NCBI RefSeq assembly: GCF_003724155.1
Contig: NZ_RJJQ01000006.1
Span: 1 to 53,740, forward strand
Reading direction: 5' to 3'
Source of the DNA: Flexivirga caeni
GTDB lineage: Bacteria > Actinomycetota > Actinomycetes > Actinomycetales > Dermatophilaceae
DNA: 53,740 bases
Each line of letters begins with the position of its first letter. Positions within the stretch are counted from its first letter, which is position 1. The position numbers and the translations under genes are program-made. The notes under the pieces are model-generated. The model saw nothing but the letters and a program-made list of their open reading frames with translations, did no database searches and was not told the origin of the DNA. This document shows, piece after piece, positions 9,759 to 20,168 of this stretch.

Positions 9759-10082
9759 ATGAGCGGTCGCTCGCGAGGCCGCCGCAATCTACCCGTATCC
9801 TCCCCCCGGCATGCCGGGCTGCGGACCTGCGTGGGCTGCCGGACTCGCGACGAACGATCAGCATTGCTGCGGGTGGTCGCACTCGTGGGGAACGCCTCGC
9901 AACCGGTGGTTGCGGTGCTGGTCCCCGACGAGCGTGGCCGGCTGCCGGGTCGAGGGGCCTGGTTGCATCCCCGGCCGGACTGCCTGGATCTGGCGGACCA
10001 GCGGCGGGCATTTCCGCGCGCTCTGCGGCTCACCCGTGCGGTGGACCTCACGCAGGTGCGGGAGTGGATCGTGCAGCACTGA
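9759..10082 (+). CDS. ylxR: YlxR/DUF448 family RNA-binding protein
   Basis: RTCVGCR motif characteristic of YlxR. Sits between nusA and infB as usual. ATG at 9759 (GTG at 9756 possible). Confidence 0.7.
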   Translation: MSGRSRGRRNLPVSSPRHAGLRTCVGCRTRDERSALLRVVALVGNASQPVVAVLVPDERGRLPGRGAWLHPRPDCLDLADQRRAFPRALRLTRAVDLTQVREWIVQH

Positions 10083-10277
10083 CGTCCGTCATACATCCGT
10101 ATGACGACACGGCTCGGACGGAGACGTCGGGGCTGGCACCAACGACCGAAGGCGGGTTTTGACGCTGATGAGCACCCGATGAGTACTCAGCGATGAAGCA
10201 CCCAAACTGGCGGTTCGTGCTGCCCGGCTGACCTGGCCGGCGGACCCGGATCGCCGCAAATTCCGACAAGGAGAAGT

Positions 10278-13142
10278 GTGGCTAAGGTTCGGGTTCATGA
10301 GCTCGCGAAAGAGCTCGGAATGCCAAGCAAGGATCTGCTTGCCTACCTGAAGGAGCAGGGCGAGTTCGTCAAGACGGCGAGCTCGACCATCGAGGCTCCG
10401 GTGGTGCGCAAGATCAAGGAGAACCCGCCAGCCGGCGCAACATCCGGCAACGGCGGGTCCGCGGAGGCGAAGGCTCCGGCGAAGACGGCGGCACCACAGC
10501 CGCCGACCGCCCAGAAGTCGACCTCCACTACCACGACGACGGCGCCGACACCTGGCCCGCGTTCGTCGGCTACCACCACGGCGCCGAAGCCCGGCCCCAA
10601 GGCCGCCCCGCAGCCGGCTCCGGTCGAGACGCCGGCGGCATCGCCGGCCGCGGCGCGTGCACCTCAGGCACCGGCAGCTCAGGCGCCCGTGACTCAGGCA
10701 CCGGCAGCGCAGGCACCGGAGGCGCCGGGCAAGGCAGCGCCACGCCCGTCGGCACCCGGCCCCCGCCCGAGCGCTCAGCCCAGCGGTGGCAGCCAGCGCC
10801 CCGGTGGCGGTCGCAGCAACGCGCCGCGTCCGGGCGCACCGCGCCCGGGCAACAATCCGTTCTCGTCCAGCCAGGGCATGCGCCAGGGTGGTCCGGCACG
10901 TCCGGGGAACAACCCCTTCGCGCCGAGCCAGGGTATGCCTCGCCCCGCACCTCGCGGCGGCAACGCCGGTGCGGCCGGCCCGCGCCCGGGTGCAGCAGCG
11001 CCGCGTCCGGGCGGACCCCGCCCGGCAGCGCCGCGTCCCGGTGGGCCACGCCCCAACCCCGGCATGATGCCCGACCGCTCGGCGGTTCGTCCCGGTGAGC
11101 GCCCGGCCCGTGGCCGCGGTGGCCCCGGCGGCGCGCCCGGTGCAGGTGGCGGCGGCCCGCGGGGTGGCTTCAGCGGCCGTCCCGGTGGCGGCGGCCGTGG
11201 GCCCGGTGGGCGCGGCGGCACGCAGGGAGCGTTCGGACGAGGCGGCGGAAAGGTCCGCGGCCGCAAGTCCAAGCGCGCCAAGCGTCAGGAGTTCGAGCAG
11301 ATGCAAGCACCCACCATCGGTGGTGTGCAGGTGCCGCGTGGCGACGGCACCACCGTGGTGCGCATGCGCCGCGGTGCGTCGCTCACCGATTTCGCCGACC
11401 GCATCGACGCCAACCCGGCGTCGCTGGTGACGGTGCTCTTCCACCTCGGCGAGATGGCTACGGCCACCCAGTCGCTGGACGAGGACACCTTCGCGTTGCT
11501 CGGGTCCGAGCTGGGCTACGACATCCAGATCGTCTCGCCCGAGGACGAGGAGAAGGAGCTGTTCAACTCTTTCAACATCGACCTCGAAGCGGTGGAGGAC
11601 GAGGAGAACCTGCAGCCGCGGCCGCCGGTGGTGACCGTGATGGGGCACGTCGACCACGGTAAGACGCGACTGCTGGACGCCATACGGCACGCGGACGTGC
11701 AGTCCGGCGAGGCCGGCGGCATCACCCAGCACATCGGCGCCTACCAGGTGCACGTCGAGCACGAGGGCAACGATCGAGCGATCACCTTCATCGACACGCC
11801 GGGTCACGAGGCGTTCACCGCCATGCGTGCTCGTGGTGCGAAGGTCACCGACATCGCCATCCTGGTGGTGGCCGCCGACGACGGTGTCATGCCACAGACG
11901 GTGGAAGCGCTCAACCACGCGCAGGCCGCCGACCTGCCGATCGTGGTGGCCGTCAACAAGATCGACGTCGACGGTGCCAACCCGGACAAGGTGCGCCAGC
12001 AGCTGACCGAGTACAACCTGATCGCCGAGGAGTATGGCGGCGACACCATGTTCGTCGAGGTCTCGGCCAAGCAGGGTAAGAACATCGACGGCCTGCTCGA
12101 GGCAGTCCTGCTGACCGCCGACGCGGCGCTCGACCTTCGGGCCAACCCCGACCGGGACGCGCAAGGCGTCGCGATCGAGGCCAACCTGGACCGCGGTCGC
12201 GGTGCGGTGGCCACGGTGCTGGTCCAGCAGGGCACACTGCGCATCGGTGACGGCATCGTCGCCGGCACGGCGCACGGCCGGGTCCGCGCAATGCTCGACG
12301 AGCACGGCAACAACGTCGCGGAGGCAACACCGTCGCGTCCGGTCCAGGTCATGGGTCTGGCGTCCGTTCCCCGGGCGGGTGACACCTTCGTGGTGGCCCC
12401 CGACGACCGCACCGCGCGCCAGATCGCCGAGAAGCGGGAGGCCGCCGACCGGCAGGCTGCGCTGGCGAAGGTGCGCAAGCGGATCAGCCTGGAAGACCTT
12501 AACCAGCAGCTCGAGGCGGGCAAGATCGAGACCCTCAACCTCATCCTCAAGGGTGACGTGTCGGGTTCGGTCGAGGCGCTCGAGGACGCGTTGCTGCAGA
12601 TCGACGTCGGCGACGGCGTGGACCTGCGGATCATCGACCGCGGTGTCGGTGCCATCACGATGAACAACATCAATCTTGCGGTCGCCTCGGACGCGGTGAT
12701 CATCGGCTTCAACGTGCGAGCCGAGGGTCAGAACGCCGAGTATGCCGACAAGGAGGGTGTCGAGATCCGTTACTACTCGGTGATCTACCAGGCCATCGAG
12801 GAGATCGAGCAGGCGCTGAAGGGCATGCTCAAGCCGGAGTTCGAAGAGGTCGAGCTCGGCACGGCGGAGATCCGCGAGATCTTCCGGTCCAGCAAGTTCG
12901 GCAACATCGCCGGTTCGCTGGTCCAGTCCGGGGAGATCAAGCGCGGCTCGAAGGCGCGGATCACCCGGGGCGGCACGGTCGTGTCCGAGAACGTCGAGGT
13001 CGCCGGGCTGCGGCGTTTCAAGGACGACGTCACCGAGGTCCGCGAGGGCTACGAGTGCGGTATCAACCTCGGTTCGTTCAACGATCTGCAGATCGGTGAT
13101 CTGATCGCGACCTACGAGATGCGCGAGAAGCCGCGGGCGTAA
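10278..13142 (+). CDS. infB: translation initiation factor IF-2
   Basis: GTG start [14 protein letters not shown]. Long Pro/Ala/Gly-rich linker. G-domain [17 protein letters not shown]. Confidence 0.95.
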   Translation: MAKVRVHELAKELGMPSKDLLAYLKEQGEFVKTASSTIEAPVVRKIKENPPAGATSGNGGSAEAKAPAKTAAPQPPTAQKSTSTTTTTAPTPGPRSSATTTAPKPGPKAAPQPAPVETPAASPAAARAPQAPAAQAPVTQAPAAQAPEAPGKAAPRPSAPGPRPSAQPSGGSQRPGGGRSNAPRPGAPRPGNNPFSSSQGMRQGGPARPGNNPFAPSQGMPRPAPRGGNAGAAGPRPGAAAPRPGGPRPAAPRPGGPRPNPGMMPDRSAVRPGERPARGRGGPGGAPGAGGGGPRGGFSGRPGGGGRGPGGRGGTQGAFGRGGGKVRGRKSKRAKRQEFEQMQAPTIGGVQVPRGDGTTVVRMRRGASLTDFADRIDANPASLVTVLFHLGEMATATQSLDEDTFALLGSELGYDIQIVSPEDEEKELFNSFNIDLEAVEDEENLQPRPPVVTVMGHVDHGKTRLLDAIRHADVQSGEAGGITQHIGAYQVHVEHEGNDRAITFIDTPGHEAFTAMRARGAKVTDIAILVVAADDGVMPQTVEALNHAQAADLPIVVAVNKIDVDGANPDKVRQQLTEYNLIAEEYGGDTMFVEVSAKQGKNIDGLLEAVLLTADAALDLRANPDRDAQGVAIEANLDRGRGAVATVLVQQGTLRIGDGIVAGTAHGRVRAMLDEHGNNVAEATPSRPVQVMGLASVPRAGDTFVVAPDDRTARQIAEKREAADRQAALAKVRKRISLEDLNQQLEAGKIETLNLILKGDVSGSVEALEDALLQIDVGDGVDLRIIDRGVGAITMNNINLAVASDAVIIGFNVRAEGQNAEYADKEGVEIRYYSVIYQAIEEIEQALKGMLKPEFEEVELGTAEIREIFRSSKFGNIAGSLVQSGEIKRGSKARITRGGTVVSENVEVAGLRRFKDDVTEVREGYECGINLGSFNDLQIGDLIATYEMREKPRA

Positions 13143-13147
13143 GCCTG

Positions 13148-13214
13148 ATCGAGCGGCACACTTCCGCATCGAGCGGTACACAAAATCGACCGGATTTTGT
13201 GTACCGCTCGATGC
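13148..13214. promoter_or_regulatory. 13-mer motif array plus 20-bp perfect hairpin downstream of infB (terminator and/or operator)
   Basis: ATCGAGCGG(C/T)ACA occurs twice directly (~13148, ~13168) and once inverted. Together these form the perfect inverted repeat GCATCGAGCGGTACACAAAAT-cgaccgg-ATTTTGTGTACCGCTCGATGC (~13166-13214). Confidence 0.45.
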
Positions 13215-13263
13215 ATTGGTGTGCCGGTCGATCAAAGGATCGGCGGTCTGCCAGGCTGGGACC

Positions 13264-14154
13264 ATGCGATTCGGACTGGTGGGCACCGGATATTGGGCAC
13301 GCGAGACGCACGGCCCCGGCATACGGGCAGCGGGTGAGGACCTGACCGGGGTCTGGGGCAGGGACCCGGCGAAGACGGCGCAACTTGCGGAACACCTTGG
13401 CATCGAAGCGTTTCCGAGCTACGAAGCGTTGCTGGAGGCCGTCGACGCGGTGTCGTATGCCGTGCCGCCCGATGTGCAGGCACCCCGGGCGCTGCGTGCC
13501 GCCGAGGCTGGCAAGCACCTGCTCCTGGACAAGCCGGTCGCGCTCGACGTGGCTGCCGCACGGGAGTTGCGCTCCGCTGCGCACGCCTCCGGAGCACGAT
13601 CCGTGGTGTTCTTCACCGCCCGCTTCACCGACGAAACCCGTTCGTGGCTCGACAAATTGGCAACTCGCGACGACTGGCGTGGGTCCTGGACCGAGTGGGT
13701 CGTGGCCAATCAGCGTCCGGACAGTCCCTACAAGGACTCGCCGTGGCGGCAGCGGGAGGGAGCTCTCTGGGACATCGGCCCGCATCTGCTGGCGACGCTG
13801 ATCCCCGCACTCGGCCCGGTGGTGTCGCTGGTCGCGGTGCCGGGTGTCGGGGACGGCGTTCACCTGACGCTCACCCATCGGCAGGGAGCGGTCAGCACGG
13901 CGACGCTGGCGCTGTGGGGACCGCCCGCGGCATGCACCTGGGGGATGCGGGTCTGGGGTGACGAGGGCGTCAGCCCGGCTCCCAACTCGACCACTCCGGC
14001 CGTGACGGCGCTGGAGGTGGCGGCCCGTGAGCTCGTCACCACCGTCGCGGAGAGCGCTGAACATCCGCTCGGCCTGGACTTCGGAGTGCAGATCGTCGAA
14101 CTGCTCGCCGACGCGGCGGCGCAGCTGGGACGGCAGGAGGACAGTCGTGACTGA
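13264..14154 (+). CDS. Gfo/Idh/MocA family NAD(P)-dependent oxidoreductase
   Basis: N-terminal Rossmann start MRFGLVGTGYWA. Conserved EKP-like motif region (LLDKPVAL). Confidence 0.8.
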   Translation: MRFGLVGTGYWARETHGPGIRAAGEDLTGVWGRDPAKTAQLAEHLGIEAFPSYEALLEAVDAVSYAVPPDVQAPRALRAAEAGKHLLLDKPVALDVAAARELRSAAHASGARSVVFFTARFTDETRSWLDKLATRDDWRGSWTEWVVANQRPDSPYKDSPWRQREGALWDIGPHLLATLIPALGPVVSLVAVPGVGDGVHLTLTHRQGAVSTATLALWGPPAACTWGMRVWGDEGVSPAPNSTTPAVTALEVAARELVTTVAESAEHPLGLDFGVQIVELLADAAAQLGRQEDSRD

Positions 14155-14365
14155 TTGGTCGGTCGTGCGGTGCTCAGGTGGCGCCTACTACGAGACGAAG
14201 TGGTTCGTCTGGGGGTCTTTTAAGGCAATTCGCCTGGGACCCAAGCGTATTCAGCGCTGCCCGGTTCATCACAAATTCGAGATGACCGAGCGGGTGCGCA
14301 AGGACGAACTGACGTCGGAGATCCAGCAGGAGGCGTCGCAGCATCGCGACAGCGGGATCATCTGA
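14147..14365 (+). CDS. small (72-aa) Cys/His-containing protein of unknown function
   Basis: GTG start preceded by AGGAGG at a 6-nt spacing. Overlaps the stop of the upstream oxidoreductase by 8 nt. Protein-like composition (…VVRCSGGAYYETKWFVWGSFKAIRLGPKRIQRCPVHHKFEM…). Confidence 0.45.
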   Translation: MTDWSVVRCSGGAYYETKWFVWGSFKAIRLGPKRIQRCPVHHKFEMTERVRKDELTSEIQQEASQHRDSGII

Positions 14366-14368
14366 GCC

Positions 14369-15343
14369 TCAAGCGCCCATCGTCAGCACGATCTTGCCGA
14401 AGCTCTCGCCGGCTGCCACCCGGGCGAACCCGTCGCGTGCTTCGGCAAGTGCGAGTTCTGCGTCGATGACCGGCGAAATGCCTTGCCGGTCCACCAAATC
14501 CACCAGCCGTCGCAGTTCGCCGATCGTCCCCATGGTGGAGCCGACCACGCGCAGCTGCTTGAAGAAGATCTTGGTCAGCTCGGCCCTCGCGGGCGCGTCC
14601 CCGGAGGTCGCCCCGCAGATGACGATCGTGCCGCCGGGGTTGAGCGAATTGACCGAGTGCGACCAGGTCGCCGCTCCCACCGACTCCATAACGGCGCTGA
14701 CGCGTTCGGGCAGCCGCTCCCCGCTGGCGAATGCGCGATCGGCCCCGAGGGCGACGGCGCGCTGACCGCGCTCCGCATCGCGCGACGTGACCCACATGCG
14801 CAGCCCGGCGGCCGACCCGAGCTGCACCAGCGCGGTCGCCACTCCGCCGCCGGCGCCCTGCACCAGCACCGTGTCACCGGGGGAGACGCCGGCGTTGCTG
14901 AAGAGCATCCGGTATGCCGTGAGCCATGCCGTCGACAGCGATCCCGCCGTCGCCCAGGACATCCCCTCGGGCTTGGGGACGAGATTGCTGCTGGGCAGCA
15001 CCACCTGCTCGGCGCACGTCCCGTCATACAGTTCCGAAAGCAGGGACCGACGCGGGTCTAGCGTCTCGTCGCCGGACCAGCCGGGGCTCGCAATCACGCT
15101 GTGCAGGATGACTTCCCGGCCGTCATCGGTCACTCCGGCGCCGTCGCAGCCGAGGATCATCGGCAGCCGGTCGGCCGACAGACCGACCCCGCGCAGCGAC
15201 CAGACGTCGTGGTGGTTGAGGGCGGCGGCCCGCAGCCGCACCCGGGTCCAGCCGTCGGGCACTTGGGGGTCGGGGCGTTCCCCGATCTCCAGCGCGGACA
15301 GTGGGTCGTCGGGGGAGATCCGGGCGGCATACGCAGCGAGCAT
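14369..15343 (-). CDS. zinc-binding alcohol dehydrogenase family / NADPH:quinone oxidoreductase
   Basis: MDR-superfamily layout with the GAGGGVA nucleotide-binding motif. Confidence 0.85.
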   Translation of the reverse strand: MLAAYAARISPDDPLSALEIGERPDPQVPDGWTRVRLRAAALNHHDVWSLRGVGLSADRLPMILGCDGAGVTDDGREVILHSVIASPGWSGDETLDPRRSLLSELYDGTCAEQVVLPSSNLVPKPEGMSWATAGSLSTAWLTAYRMLFSNAGVSPGDTVLVQGAGGGVATALVQLGSAAGLRMWVTSRDAERGQRAVALGADRAFASGERLPERVSAVMESVGAATWSHSVNSLNPGGTIVICGATSGDAPARAELTKIFFKQLRVVGSTMGTIGELRRLVDLVDRQGISPVIDAELALAEARDGFARVAAGESFGKIVLTMGA

Positions 15344-15352
15344 GACAGCAGC

Positions 15353-15912
15353 TTACGAGGCCGGCGTTCCGCGCAGCAGCCACCAGCGGGCGACAAGGCC
15401 GGCGAGCAGCGCCCAGAAGGCCGACTCGATGCCGGCGATCGTCGTGCCGGACGCGGTGATCACCAGGGTGATGACAGCTGCTGTCGCCTCCGCCGGACGG
15501 GTCGCGCCGGTGAGTGCGCCCCGCAGCGCGCCGGTCAGCGCCCCGAGCAACGCCAGCCCGGCGACCGTCTCGACGACGCCGTTCGGTGCCAGCGTGACCA
15601 GCGTGGTGAGCGCCGCCGACGACAACCCGAGCACCAGGTAGGTCCCGCCGCTGGAGGCGGCGGCGATCCAGCGGCGTGCGGTATCCGGGCCGGCGGCGAG
15701 CGCCGCACTGATTGCTGCCAGGTTGATCGCGTGACCGCCGGCCGGGGCAGCGAGCACCGTCCCGGCCCGGTCACCAGCATGCTGGGCCGCCACTGCACGG
15801 TGTAGCCGAAACCACGCATGACAGCGACCCCGGGAATGTTCTGGGATGCCATCGTCACGACGAAGAGCGGGAGCGCGATGCTCGGCACCGCCTGGACCGA
15901 CAGGTGCGGCAC
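15353..15912 (-). pseudogene. benE: benE (benzoate membrane transporter family) remnant: N-terminal half missing plus one internal frameshift
   Basis: Two overlapping frames (15535-15912 and 15353-15793) together read ...MASQNIPGVAVMRGFGY...TGPG|TVLAAPAGGHAINLAAI...LVITASGTTIAG..., the C-terminal ~190 aa of BenE. No upstream in-frame continuation; it abuts the next gene. Confidence 0.6.
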
Positions 15913-15972
15913 GACGGGTGCGACGGTCGGCAGGATCCGGTGTGCCGTGGCACAGCCTACTTCATCAACTGA

Positions 15973-16356
15973 TCAGCCCCAGTTCGCCAGATCGGTGATG
16001 CAGAACGGATGACCCGCCGGATCGAGCAGCACGGTCCACCGGTCCCCGCCGGGCTGCTCCTCCGGCCGGGTCGCACCGAGCTCCACGCACCGGGCCGCTG
16101 TGGCCTCGACGTCCGTCGCGGCGAGGTCGAGGTGGAACTGCTTGTGTCCGTCGTCGGGCCAGGACGGCCGCCGGTAGTCGGGTGTCTGGCCGAAGCCGAG
16201 CCGCCGGCCGTCCTGCTGCAGCATGGCGTAGCCATCGCCCTGGTAGGCGATCGGCCAGCCAAGTACGGCGCTGTAGAAGGTCGCCATCGTCGCGGCGTCG
16301 TCGCAGTCGATGCTGACCATGCCGATGGCGGCGGTCGGTGTGGCGTTCTCGGTCAT
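15973..16356 (-). CDS. VOC (glyoxalase/bleomycin-resistance) family protein
   Basis: 127 aa from MTENATPTAAIGMVSIDCDD. Paired beta-alpha-beta-beta-beta VOC-like pattern. Confidence 0.75.
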   Translation of the reverse strand: MTENATPTAAIGMVSIDCDDAATMATFYSAVLGWPIAYQGDGYAMLQQDGRRLGFGQTPDYRRPSWPDDGHKQFHLDLAATDVEATAARCVELGATRPEEQPGGDRWTVLLDPAGHPFCITDLANWG

Positions 16357-16416
16357 CTGCGTGCTCCTGGGTCGTTGCCGGTCTGGCCTGTCCGACCATG
16401 CTCCTACGCTGCTCGT

Positions 16417-17256
16417 ATGCCGACTAGGACAAACGCGACACGCGACGGGATCCTGCTGGATCCGCAGCGGTTCGCCGAGCACGCGGCGTTGTCCCGGCCC
16501 TCGTGCCATCCGGCACTGAACACCTGGGTCGAGAACTACTGGACCGTCCGGTGGACGCTGCGCGCGGGTGCGTCATACAGCCCGTCGCTGGTGCCGATCG
16601 CCCAGGCGAACCTCACGGTGGAGTCCGGCGGTAGCACCCGGGTCGGGGCCGACGGCCCGGGCGTCTTCCTGACCGGGGTGGTCAGCGCCCGCCGCTTCGA
16701 CGTGCACCTGTCGGGCACCGGTGGTATTGCCGGGGTGAAGTTCCGGCCGGGTGCCCTGACAGCGCTCACCGGTGTCGATGCGACCCGATTAAGGGACCGG
16801 GTTGTGCCCGCCCGCGTCTTCCTGGCCGACGTGGACCAACTTGCCGATGTGCGAGCCGGCTCGGCGGAGCTGGCCGAGCGGTTCGACGGCTTTCTCATGC
16901 CGTTGGCGCGCCGGGCCGATCCCGCCGAGCTGGACACGCTGGCGGCGGTCATCGCGACCCTCGAGGCGTCCGAACCGTCAATGTCCGCAGCGGATCTGGC
17001 CGATCGGTGTGGGATCGGGCTGCGTTCGCTGCAACGGCTCTGCCGGCACTACGTCGGTGTGGGTCCGCAGTGGCTGGTCGCCCGGGCACGCGTGCACACC
17101 GCGATCGCCCGCCTGCACGCCGGCGACGTCGGCACGCTCGCCGGTCTCGCGGTCGAGCTGGGCTGGTTCGACCAGGCACACATGGGCAGGGACTTCGCGG
17201 CGCTGGTCGGCGAGCCGCCTGCTACCTACCGTCGACGGGCCGGCCGAGACCCGTAG
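16417..17256 (+). CDS. AraC family transcriptional regulator
   Basis: C-terminal AraC HTH (…LRSLQRLCRHYVGVGPQWLVARARVHTAIARL…GWFDQAHMGRDF…). Divergent from the VOC gene. Confidence 0.8.
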   Translation: MPTRTNATRDGILLDPQRFAEHAALSRPSCHPALNTWVENYWTVRWTLRAGASYSPSLVPIAQANLTVESGGSTRVGADGPGVFLTGVVSARRFDVHLSGTGGIAGVKFRPGALTALTGVDATRLRDRVVPARVFLADVDQLADVRAGSAELAERFDGFLMPLARRADPAELDTLAAVIATLEASEPSMSAADLADRCGIGLRSLQRLCRHYVGVGPQWLVARARVHTAIARLHAGDVGTLAGLAVELGWFDQAHMGRDFAALVGEPPATYRRRAGRDP

Positions 17257-17262
17257 CCCGGC

Positions 17263-18156
17263 TCAGGCGCTGTCGATCCGCGGCATGATCATCACCGGGA
17301 CGGGAGAGGCGCGCATGATCCGCGACGCTGCCGAGCCGAGGAACACCTGCTGGTGGATCGCGGCGGCACCGGAACCGAAGAGCATCAGATCTCCCGGGTC
17401 CCACCCGACGCTCTCGACGGTGGTCGGCCAGTCGGTGCCGGATCCGAGACCCACCTCGACGGGGACACGCGTGCGGAGTGTCTCGCAGACCTCGGTGAGC
17501 TGTTCCTCGATGCGGCCGCGAGTGCGCAGCCACCAGTTGTGCACCACGAGGTGCTCGGCGTCATTCGATTCGATCGTCCCGGTGAAGGCCGACACGTCCC
17601 GCACCGCGAAGGAGACGATCCGCAACGGCACGCCCCACGAGTCGGCGAGGCCGGCGGCCGACTCGATCAGCCCGCTCCGGTCCGCCCGTCCGCCATACGC
17701 CACGGTGAGGCGGGTGATCCCCAGCGAACCGGCGCGATAGCCGCGCGGGGCGATCGCAACCGGTATGGCGGCAGTGTGCACGAGCCGTTCGGTCACGCTG
17801 CCGAGAGTCACTCGTCCCAGCAGTCCGGACGACGACGACCCCACGGTGATCACGCTCGGGCGATGCTCCTGTGCTGCCAGGGCAAGCCCCTCGGGGATCG
17901 ACCTTGCCTGTTCCACCTGAGTACGCACCGCAGCGGCGGTAGCCAGCCGGTCGGTCGCGTGGTGCAGCGCCTGGTCCGCCTGCACCGCGAGGTAGTCGAT
18001 GTATTCGTCCTCGATCGGGTCGGCCTTGGCGGGCAGCCGCCGTTCCAGCACGGCCACCGCAAGGATGTCCTCGCCAGTGGTCCGCGCGATCTGCGTCGCG
18101 AGTTCGACCGGCGCCGGATTCTGCCTGCTGGCGCTGAATCCGGCGAGGATCGTCAC
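17263..18156 (-). CDS. universal stress protein, tandem UspA domains
   Basis: Two Usp domains (…GSSSSG… and …MLFGSGAAAIHQQVFLGSAASRIMRASPVPVMIM…). Confidence 0.85.
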   Translation of the reverse strand: MTILAGFSASRQNPAPVELATQIARTTGEDILAVAVLERRLPAKADPIEDEYIDYLAVQADQALHHATDRLATAAAVRTQVEQARSIPEGLALAAQEHRPSVITVGSSSSGLLGRVTLGSVTERLVHTAAIPVAIAPRGYRAGSLGITRLTVAYGGRADRSGLIESAAGLADSWGVPLRIVSFAVRDVSAFTGTIESNDAEHLVVHNWWLRTRGRIEEQLTEVCETLRTRVPVEVGLGSGTDWPTTVESVGWDPGDLMLFGSGAAAIHQQVFLGSAASRIMRASPVPVMIMPRIDSA

Positions 18157-19973
18157 GACGTCAGCTCCGCGTTCGCCCGAGCCACGACGTGCGTCACCGG
18201 GAGGCGATGCTCAGCGCGGGCCCGGTCCACCACGTCGAAGCGCTCCCAGACGGAGTCCTCCGGGGGCAGCGTGGCGATGACGATCCGGTCGGGGCCGAAG
18301 GCCGAGACAGCCTCGGCGAGCGCGTGCAAGGGGCGGTAGTCGCCGAGCGCCCCTTCGGCGGTGAAGTTCTCGTCGTGCAACACGGCGAGCGTGCGTGCAA
18401 GGCGCTCCGTCGCGATGCGCGTCGTCTCGTCCCAGACGTCGAGCGGGCCATGCGTTCCGGCTGCGCCCGTTTCGATGGGGCTGACAGGCACCACGACCTG
18501 GAACCGGGTATTGCCGTCCGCGCCGATCCGGCGCAACTCGGTGCGCAGTTCTTCGGACTCGACCGTCTGGTTTGCGAGCACGAGCACACGCTCCGCAGCC
18601 GTCTCCGGAAGCGTCGCATCCGGCGGGGCGGGCCGCGAAGCGATGAAGAACTTGTTCGCGAAGAAGAGCACGATGACCACGACCCAGGCGCCAAGGCTCA
18701 GGAACAGTTGCGATCGAGTCTCGGACTCGACCCCCATCTGGATGAGGATCGCGAGGATCGCCACGATCGTCAGGATCGACAGGACCGGGAAGAGCCACAT
18801 CTTCACCGTGAGATCTGCGCCGCCGCTGCGGAACCGGAGCACCGTCTGCGAGATGCAGATGAGCAGGTAGACGAACAGAATGATGGCGCCGGAGGAGTTG
18901 AGCAGGAACGCGAAGATCGTGCTCTCCCAGAAGGCCGCCGCGATCACGCAGACAAACCCGATGGCCGAGGAGGAGATGATCGCCATCGCGGGCACTCCGC
19001 GCCGAGTCACCTCCACCAGTTTGGCCGGCGCCTCGCGCCGGGCGGCCAGGACGAACAGCATGCGGGAGGCGGTGTACATGCCCGAGTTGAGGCAGCTGAG
19101 GACAGCGGTGAGGACGACGGCGTTCATGATGTGGTCGGCGTAGGGGATGCCCATCTCTTGCATCGCCGCGACGAACGGCGACGCGTCACCGATCGAGTTC
19201 CACGGCAGGATGGTGACGAGCAGGAACGACGAGCCCACGAAGAACACCGCGATGCGCGCGATCACCGAGTTCGCGGCCCGGGCGACGGCACGCTCGGGGT
19301 CCTCCGACTCGGCTGCGGCGATGGTGGCGATCTCGGCGCCGACCATGGAGAAGATCACCGTCACGACGCCCACGGTGACGGCCATCGGCCCCTTGGGGAA
19401 GAAGCCGCCGTGGGAGGTGAGGTTGGAGAAGTCCATCGAGTGACCCGGCCACAGGCCGATCACGAAGAACGCGCCGAGCGCGATGAACACCAGGATGGTC
19501 GCCACCTTGATGCTGGCGAACCAGTATTCGAATTCACCGAACGAGGAGACCGAGAACAGATTCGTCGTGGTCATCGCGAACAGCAACAGCAGGGAGGTCA
19601 GCCACAATGGTGCGTCGGGGAGCCAGAACTGCACGATCTTCGCGCCCGCGATGGCCTCGAAGCCACAGACGACCACCCAGAAATACCAGTACAGCCAGCC
19701 CATGGAGAAACCGGCCCAGTTGCCGAGCGCCGCGCGGGCATAGTCGGAGAATGAGCCCGTCGACGGGTTGGCAACCGCCATCTCGGCAAGCATCCGCATC
19801 ACCATGATGACCAGCACGCCGGCCAGTGCATAGGTGATGAAGGTGCCCGGCCCGGTCGCGCCGATCACGGTCTTCGAGCCGACGAACAGACCTGCTCCGA
19901 TGACACCACCGATCGCGATCATGGTGAGCTGGCGTTGGCTCAGGGCTTTCTTCAGTGCTGGCGATTCCGCCAT
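18153..19973 (-). CDS. APC-family amino acid permease with a C-terminal cytoplasmic Usp-like domain
   Basis: Start MAESPALKKALSQRQLTMIAIGGVIGAGLF preceded by GAGGAGGG. 12 predicted TMs plus a ~140-aa soluble tail. Its stop overlaps the Usp gene start (ATGA). Confidence 0.85.
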   Translation of the reverse strand: MAESPALKKALSQRQLTMIAIGGVIGAGLFVGSKTVIGATGPGTFITYALAGVLVIMVMRMLAEMAVANPSTGSFSDYARAALGNWAGFSMGWLYWYFWVVVCGFEAIAGAKIVQFWLPDAPLWLTSLLLLFAMTTTNLFSVSSFGEFEYWFASIKVATILVFIALGAFFVIGLWPGHSMDFSNLTSHGGFFPKGPMAVTVGVVTVIFSMVGAEIATIAAAESEDPERAVARAANSVIARIAVFFVGSSFLLVTILPWNSIGDASPFVAAMQEMGIPYADHIMNAVVLTAVLSCLNSGMYTASRMLFVLAARREAPAKLVEVTRRGVPAMAIISSSAIGFVCVIAAAFWESTIFAFLLNSSGAIILFVYLLICISQTVLRFRSGGADLTVKMWLFPVLSILTIVAILAILIQMGVESETRSQLFLSLGAWVVVIVLFFANKFFIASRPAPPDATLPETAAERVLVLANQTVESEELRTELRRIGADGNTRFQVVVPVSPIETGAAGTHGPLDVWDETTRIATERLARTLAVLHDENFTAEGALGDYRPLHALAEAVSAFGPDRIVIATLPPEDSVWERFDVVDRARAEHRLPVTHVVARANAELTS

Positions 19974-20168
19974 CGGACCCTCCTCGGTACGGACCGCCCG
20001 GGGTAGCGGACCGGATTCGATGTATGCGATGAACAGCGCACGACGTGACGGCGTCGTGATTGCCGAGAATTCCCTGCCTCGGCAGAATGTCAATCGATTT
20101 AGGCACAACCGTTACCAAACCGTTGGGGAGCGCGGCCGCGGCGGACGGCGCCGACTACCGTTGCCGGG

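Noticed and set aside
10089-13403. 1104-aa ORF antisense to infB, plus similar very long antisense/alternate-frame ORFs (23698-26919, 36549-38804, 22626-23756, 3418-4944, 4971-6434, 6686-8368, 3888-5759, 16009-17256 N-terminal extensions)
   Set aside because: Typical stop-codon-poor shadow ORFs of a ~70% GC genome: Arg/Ala/Gly/Pro-rich, no motifs. They fully overlap well-supported genes on the other strand or frame. Only the internally supported start positions were used.
15353-15793. 146-aa ORF called as a separate membrane protein
   Set aside because: It continues the benE reading frame after a single frameshift, so it was merged into the benE pseudogene.
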